DNA of 63,970 nucleotides, the filler included, from Licmophora abbreviata (lineage: Eukaryota): the NCBI GenBank assembly GCA_900291995.1. It is 18 parts of 18 records of this genome, joined end to end, with 100 filler letters (N's around TTAATTAATTAA, not from the genome) between each part and the next. Parts side by side here need not be neighbours in the genome. Positions count along the whole stretch, not along the records: positions 54,992 to 59,948 come from OLMU01006159.1; positions 60,049 to 62,742 come from OLMU01006165.1; positions 62,843 to 63,970 come from OLMU01006173.1; 15 more parts are not named here. One strand, written 5' to 3'. Below the pieces are notes generated by a model, which did not search any database, was not told the DNA's origin, and saw nothing but the letters and a program-made list of their open reading frames with translations. Shown here one piece after another: positions 59,071 to 63,970 of the stretch (positions are counted from its first letter, which is position 1; every line of letters begins with the position of its first letter). Both the position numbers and the translations under genes were made by a program.

Positions 59071-59948
59071 ATGCGCTGGCTGCTGCATTGTGCGCTCGCC
59101 TATGGGCTGCTCCTCTCAGGATTGATCCAGCTTGTGGAAGGGGATCCATTCTTCACTGATGATGAAGATCTGAAGGAACAGGATTGGAGCACAGACAGCT
59201 CAGACTGCAAAGTAACCGAGATATGGGAAATCGAAGGTGAACTCAAGAAGAAGCAGCCCAACAAGGCAACCGAGCTTTACCCAGACACATCGCTGGGACG
59301 TCTGCGTGCGGAGTTTGTCAACTTTAATGAAGTTGAGGACGTGTCAACCGCTGAATTTTCGTTTCGCGGCTTCGATGGTTGGTCCGAGACGATCACTGGC
59401 AAGCCCGGGAGTGTCGTTTCGCTCTATTCTGACGAATCGTTGCTAATCAATGGCCGCTTCGCATGGTCACCCACTGGCTATGATAGTGATGAGGGTACAA
59501 GGCTCATCGAGGTCGGGATTCGCGCCAAAGAACGCGGCAAAGTCGAGGGCTCCGACGAAATCACCCTCAGCTTCCCGGAAGGATGGTTCTCGCCCGAGTA
59601 TCATTCGCTTCCTGGATTCCGTGGGTTCCAAGGTTTTTCCGAACCGAACGGTGGCGCCATGTTCTTTGACTTTTCGTACGGGCCCGTCAATTGTACACTT
59701 GTCCGTGTGGAGGGACCAAGGGGCGAGCACGTGGTGCTCTTCGACATATCTATCAACCGTGAGAAAGGGGTGAGCTGCCCAAGTGGGATCATTGGTCGCT
59801 CTCTCTGTGAGCCATTCGTGGAAAAGCCGTTGCCTCGCCGTCGTCTTTCTACTTCCTCTTCTCTTTCCGCCACGGGTGATATCCTTGATGAAAAAATGCC
59901 CGACTGTGCCTACCGACGATCGAGGACCGCGAAACTGACCAAATCGGT
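59071..59948 (+). CDS. Secreted hypothetical protein, 3' end in gap
   Basis: Signal peptide MRWLLHCALAYGLLLSGLIQLVEG, beta-rich acidic domain and PRRRL motif. Confidence 0.6.
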
Positions 59949-60822
59949 NNNNNNNNNNNNNNNNNNNNNNNNNNNNNNNNNNNNNNNNNNNNTTAATTAA
60001 TTAANNNNNNNNNNNNNNNNNNNNNNNNNNNNNNNNNNNNNNNNNNNNATAACGGACAGTATACATCCTTATTTGCAGCGCTCGTTTGAATTCAAAAATG
60101 ACTTGCAGACGCGAGTCTGCGTGTCTTTGTACCTGGCAGCCTCGGACTGGCACGCTTGCATACTCTTATTCAAATCTTGTATTCTGCGAGCACAATTCAA
60201 TTTTACGTGACATCGAACAAGACCACCAGAGAGGAAGTTTGACGGGGGGCGTTGAAGCATAACCGGCTCGTTATCTTCAATCCAAAAGGTTTCATAATCC
60301 TTGCTCCAAGGGCCGACGGGACGATTGACTCTCAAGACGATCATCCCTTGCACGGTAAGTAAACGAAAGAGCTGTCACATGTTTCACCATGGTGGCGCGC
60401 GCTCGCCGAGAGCTTGTCGCTCGCTCGTACAGCTCCTACGTGGGTGCCGGTGAAGAGATTCAGTGTCAATGGGTCGCCGTATCTGCGTCTTTGGCACGTG
60501 TCGATTCTCTTCCTATCCGTCTCTTGTCCGTAGCAAGGGTCGAGGGCTTGGAGGGGGGGCTAGCTCTCGGGACAGAGAGTCATACGCTGGGTCATGTTCT
60601 TGGGCGCGTGGACTTCGAAGAAGACGCACCACCGACTTGTCCTTGTGCCGCTTTTCGTGTGGCAGTTTTGGTATCTTGCTCACATTTCCGCTTTATATGC
60701 CTGTCACGCTTGACGACAGACACGACGGTACCAGGAAGAGATACTTTTATTTAAGTTCTCCACCCCTTGATCCGCACACAAACAAGTCGAAGTCGTACAA
60801 CAGACAGTAGCCCCAAGATACC

Positions 60823-61986
60823 ATGGTGCGTCGACCAAAGGAGGAAGATGAAGAAGAAAAGGAGCAAGAACCAGTAGAGGGGGAGAAGGAAGAAGAAAAG
60901 GAAGAGGATCCTGTGGAATCACCTGCGGTGGAGGAAGAGGAGGCCCACATCGATCCAAAGTAGCCGAAGAAATGGAGATTATCAAGAACACAGAGCCCTC
61001 GTCTGACCTAGAGGTCGCTCTCGCCGAAACGCTCAAGCGCCGGGAGGTGCACATTGAGCGTCTCACCGCAGAGGTGACCAAGCTCAAGGCTTTCATCAGC
61101 AAGCGCAAGCAAACGTACAAACGCAAGCGTAAGGACGAAGGAGCCCCCACGAGAGCTCTCTCGGCCTACAACATCTTCGTCCAGGATCGCTTTTCCAAGC
61201 TCGCGAAGGAGAATGAGCAGGCACTCAAGAGTTCGGATTCAGATGCCCAGCTCAAGCGAGTCCCGCCTGCCTCGCTTGTTGCTGCCACGGGAAATGAGTG
61301 GAAGGCTCTCTCATCCGACGAAAAATCACACTACGAGGAAAGGGCCCGTGAGGATCGCAAGCGCTACGAAGAACAGATGACCAAATATCAGCCGCCGGAC
61401 AAACAGTCCAACCGCAAGCGCAACAAGACGGGGTACAACATGTTCTTCTCGGCTCATGTGCTTCGATTGAAGCAGTCAGAGGCAGGGGTGCCGTCGGAAA
61501 GGGGATCAGTTGCTCGGCTGGTGGGGAATGCCTGGAAGGTACGTTCGGTCTCGTTTCCGGGGATGTTTTGTTTTGTTCAGTTCATGATTCTGTCTACAAG
61601 ATTACTAAATCCCTGCTCTTCTCTCTTTCCAACAGCAACTTTCTGCGGAAGAGAAGCAGTACTACGAGAGGGAGGCCGACAAGCAGAACGGGCAGAACCC
61701 CATCGAGAAGGAAGACGAAGAAGAGGACGACGAATCGAAGAGGGTCGCCATGGGTGACTACGGCCATATGCACCCCCAGCACGAGATGCACATGCAAGCT
61801 GGGTACCCACCGATGGCCCCTGGTATGCAGCACGACCCAAGACATGGCTACAACCCCTATCCGCATCATATGGCCTATGGTCAGCCATACCAGAACCAGG
61901 ACTACTACCGCGGCCGTAGCTATCAGGCCTACCCGCCGCAGCAGCGCCATCCCTATGACCAGGCTGGTATGGGCGGTGCCATGTAA
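60823..61986 (+). CDS. Tandem HMG-box protein; intron 61539-61635, apparent frameshift near 60958
   Basis: APTRALSAYNIF...WKALS.DEK..YEE.A..DRKRY and KRNKTGYNMF...VGNAWK/QLSAEEKQYY. Acidic N-terminus and Q/P/Y/H-rich C-terminus. Confidence 0.92.
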
Positions 61987-62295
61987 GGTGGAGCCCTTTG
62001 TTACATGTTTGGATTTGATCCTAAGAATTTATACGTGTGGAAGAGAAACGAAGTAGTAGGATTAGGATCATTGCAGATCCGCGAGAAAGCTCGTCGTCAG
62101 AGCAAAGGAATTTGTCGCGGTGATCTAGTATGCTGTCTGGCTAGTAGGATAAGTACGGATTCAGCTGTTGTACGGGTCAATAATAGTGAAAAAGTGTTTT
62201 GATTTCAAATAACGTCTCTCTAGCTAGAGTACTTCCGGTACTAGTGGTTATCCAGGCCAGGTAGCGATGTCCTGTGGTCGAAATCGGCGTCTCAC

Positions 62296-62742
62296 TTACA
62301 GTGCTCGTGTTGGGGTGTTGTCAAGCTGGGCTGAACGATGATACGGGCTTCTGGGGAGGCGAGCTGGGCTCGCGATTAGAGATGTGCGCGAGTCGTCGTC
62401 CGCGGTGAGCTTTGCAACAACGTCGCGCCACTCATCGAAGCGCAGACGGGAAGAAAACTCGAGCGAAAGCCGGTCCCTACCGCGATGGGAGTAATACTCT
62501 GTCCAGAACCATAAAAGTTGCCGAAAGTTTGCCAGCATGTCGATCTGCTCAAAGGAAACTGAAGTTTCGTCGCCGTGCCCTGAAAGCAGACTGCGGGCAC
62601 CGCTCCCCGCGTTGAAGTGTACATTTGACTGGACCATATTCTTCATCTGTCGCTTCTTCTCCATCTTCTCTTCGTATACCAGTACTCGAAGCTCGTCAAG
62701 TAGCTGCGGTAGCTGGTTTCGTCTGTCTGCGAGCAAATTCAG
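62296..62742 (-). CDS. TRPC4AP: TRPC4AP/TRUSS-like (DUF3689) protein, C-terminal fragment
   Basis: NFRQLLWFWTEYY..RGRDRLSLEFSS..F.EW..VV..L resembles the conserved C-terminus of this family as I recall it. Confidence 0.65.
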   Translation of the reverse strand: MNLLADRRNQLPQLLDELRVLVYEEKMEKKRQMKNMVQSNVHFNAGSGARSLLSGHGDETSVSFEQIDMLANFRQLLWFWTEYYSHRGRDRLSLEFSSRLRFDEWRDVVAKLTADDDSRTSLIASPARLPRSPYHRSAQLDNTPTRAL

Positions 62743-62927
62743 NNNNNNNNNNNNNNNNNNNNNNNNNNNNNNNNNNNNNNNNNNNNTTAATTAATTAANN
62801 NNNNNNNNNNNNNNNNNNNNNNNNNNNNNNNNNNNNNNNNNNTTGAATCTTGCTGCATCATTTAGGGACTCGCAATCGTAGAAAGCGCTGCTCACGTTCA
62901 ACAATTCATGTCGCCCCTTCTTGTCAG

Positions 62928-63970
62928 ATCCACGACGAATATCGTGAATGCAGCACAGAAGGTCATCTCCGGTAGCGCGTTTGCTTCCAAGCAGGATACG
63001 CTTCGTCAGAAAATGAAGCCAATGCGTGGATCTGGACCGACGCCCCGTATTCTAGCGTGCGCGGACGGAAAGGCAGAAGGTACGCACGCATGTGTGGCTA
63101 ACTGGCTAGTGCTCTGACTTCCTTCCTGACCATCTTTTCGTTCCTAAAAAATCAAACGAACAGCTGGCTTTGTTGTGAAGACAGTGCAGGAAATGATCGC
63201 CTCGGGGGAGTATAGCCCCGACAGTACTATTGCTTTCATCTACAGAACAAATGCTCAATCCCGAGATCTCGAGGAAGCGTGTGTCAAAGCCAACCTCCCG
63301 TATGTAATTCGTGGAGCATCCGGCTCTTTCTACAAGAGAGCTGAGATTAAGGACAGCCTATGCTTTCTTCGACTTCTCTCAAACGGTCGGGACGACGCGT
63401 CTTTCGTACGGGTGAGCAAGACTCCGAGTAGAGGTATCGGTGATGCTACGTTGGATGAGTTTCGCCAATACAGTGCTGCGGTGGAAGCGTTCTACGGCGA
63501 GAATCTGCCCGATCAGACCGTGCCTACTCCTTTCGACGTCTTACTGTCACTTGCTGATGAAAAAGACATGCCGCCAGATATCCCTTCTCCAAAGGAATTC
63601 ATATCGACACGAGGGATGAATCGATTCGTCCCTTTTTCTAAGCAAATGCTGAAGATTAAGCAGGCGGCCTACACGCAGAACGTCGCTGATCTCCTCTCGA
63701 CGATCATTGACAATCTTGATCTCAAGGATCATTTCGATTCCATCTCCAAGTCGAAAGCCGAATTTGCCGATCGATGGAGCAACGTCCTCGAACTACGTCG
63801 TGCGGCGGAACGATACAGTGGGGACGGAGCCAGTCTTAAACACGCAACAAACACGACAGATCAGCCAGAGAACTTTGTCGAATCGCCTCTAGGAAACTTC
63901 CTGGATGACGTAGCGCTTGTCACGGATGTGGCGGATGAGTCAACGGACTCAAAGGGCGCTGAGAGGCGTC
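62928..63970 (+). CDS. uvrD: UvrD/PcrA-family SF1 DNA helicase, internal fragment; intron 63080-63163 (mostly missed by ORF track)
   Basis: RSTTNIVNAAQ (motif IV), IAFIYRTNAQSR, FYKRAEIKD.L.FLR, TPSRGIG and R..NV.EL. Confidence 0.88.

Noticed and set aside
8049..62842. Regularly recurring TTAATTAATTAA palindrome as a biological repeat or CRISPR-like array
   Set aside because: It is always centred in a 100-nt N run, so it is an artificial six-frame stop linker.
1..63970. Prokaryotic operon or defence island suggested by pstS, uvrD, M6 and phytase-like genes
   Set aside because: These genes carry spliceosomal introns, most have eukaryotic signal peptides, and they are interleaved with BEACH, HMG, E2 and psbU.

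Overview
Eukaryotic nuclear DNA, most likely from a pennate diatom. The evidence is about 50% GC, dense genes, short GT-AG introns, bipartite 'ASAFAP'-type plastid presequences, nuclear psbU and RxL propeptide motifs. The window is a draft scaffold: 17 gaps of 100 nt are each filled with N and a TTAATTAATTAA six-frame stop linker, and several genes continue across gaps. About 33 protein-coding genes are recognisable: plastid FBPase-like, COX6B, psbU, a cellular RNA-dependent RNA polymerase, a UBE2W-like E2, PstS, two trypsins, PPi-PFK, AlaRS, a BEACH protein, two M6 metalloproteases, a phytase-like esterase, a nucleotide-sugar transporter, cytochrome b5, an HMG-box protein, TRPC4AP-like and a UvrD/PcrA helicase. 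I saw no RNA genes, CRISPR arrays or transposases. The most unusual element is an intronless, compact DLDGD-type RdRP fused to three KOW/SH3-like repeats. Other oddities are an FBPase lacking metal ligands, an E2 with a signal peptide and LRGG motif, a membrane-anchored PstS, and a protease whose catalytic serine sits on a 19-nt microexon. All assignments come from motif recognition by eye; no searches were run.
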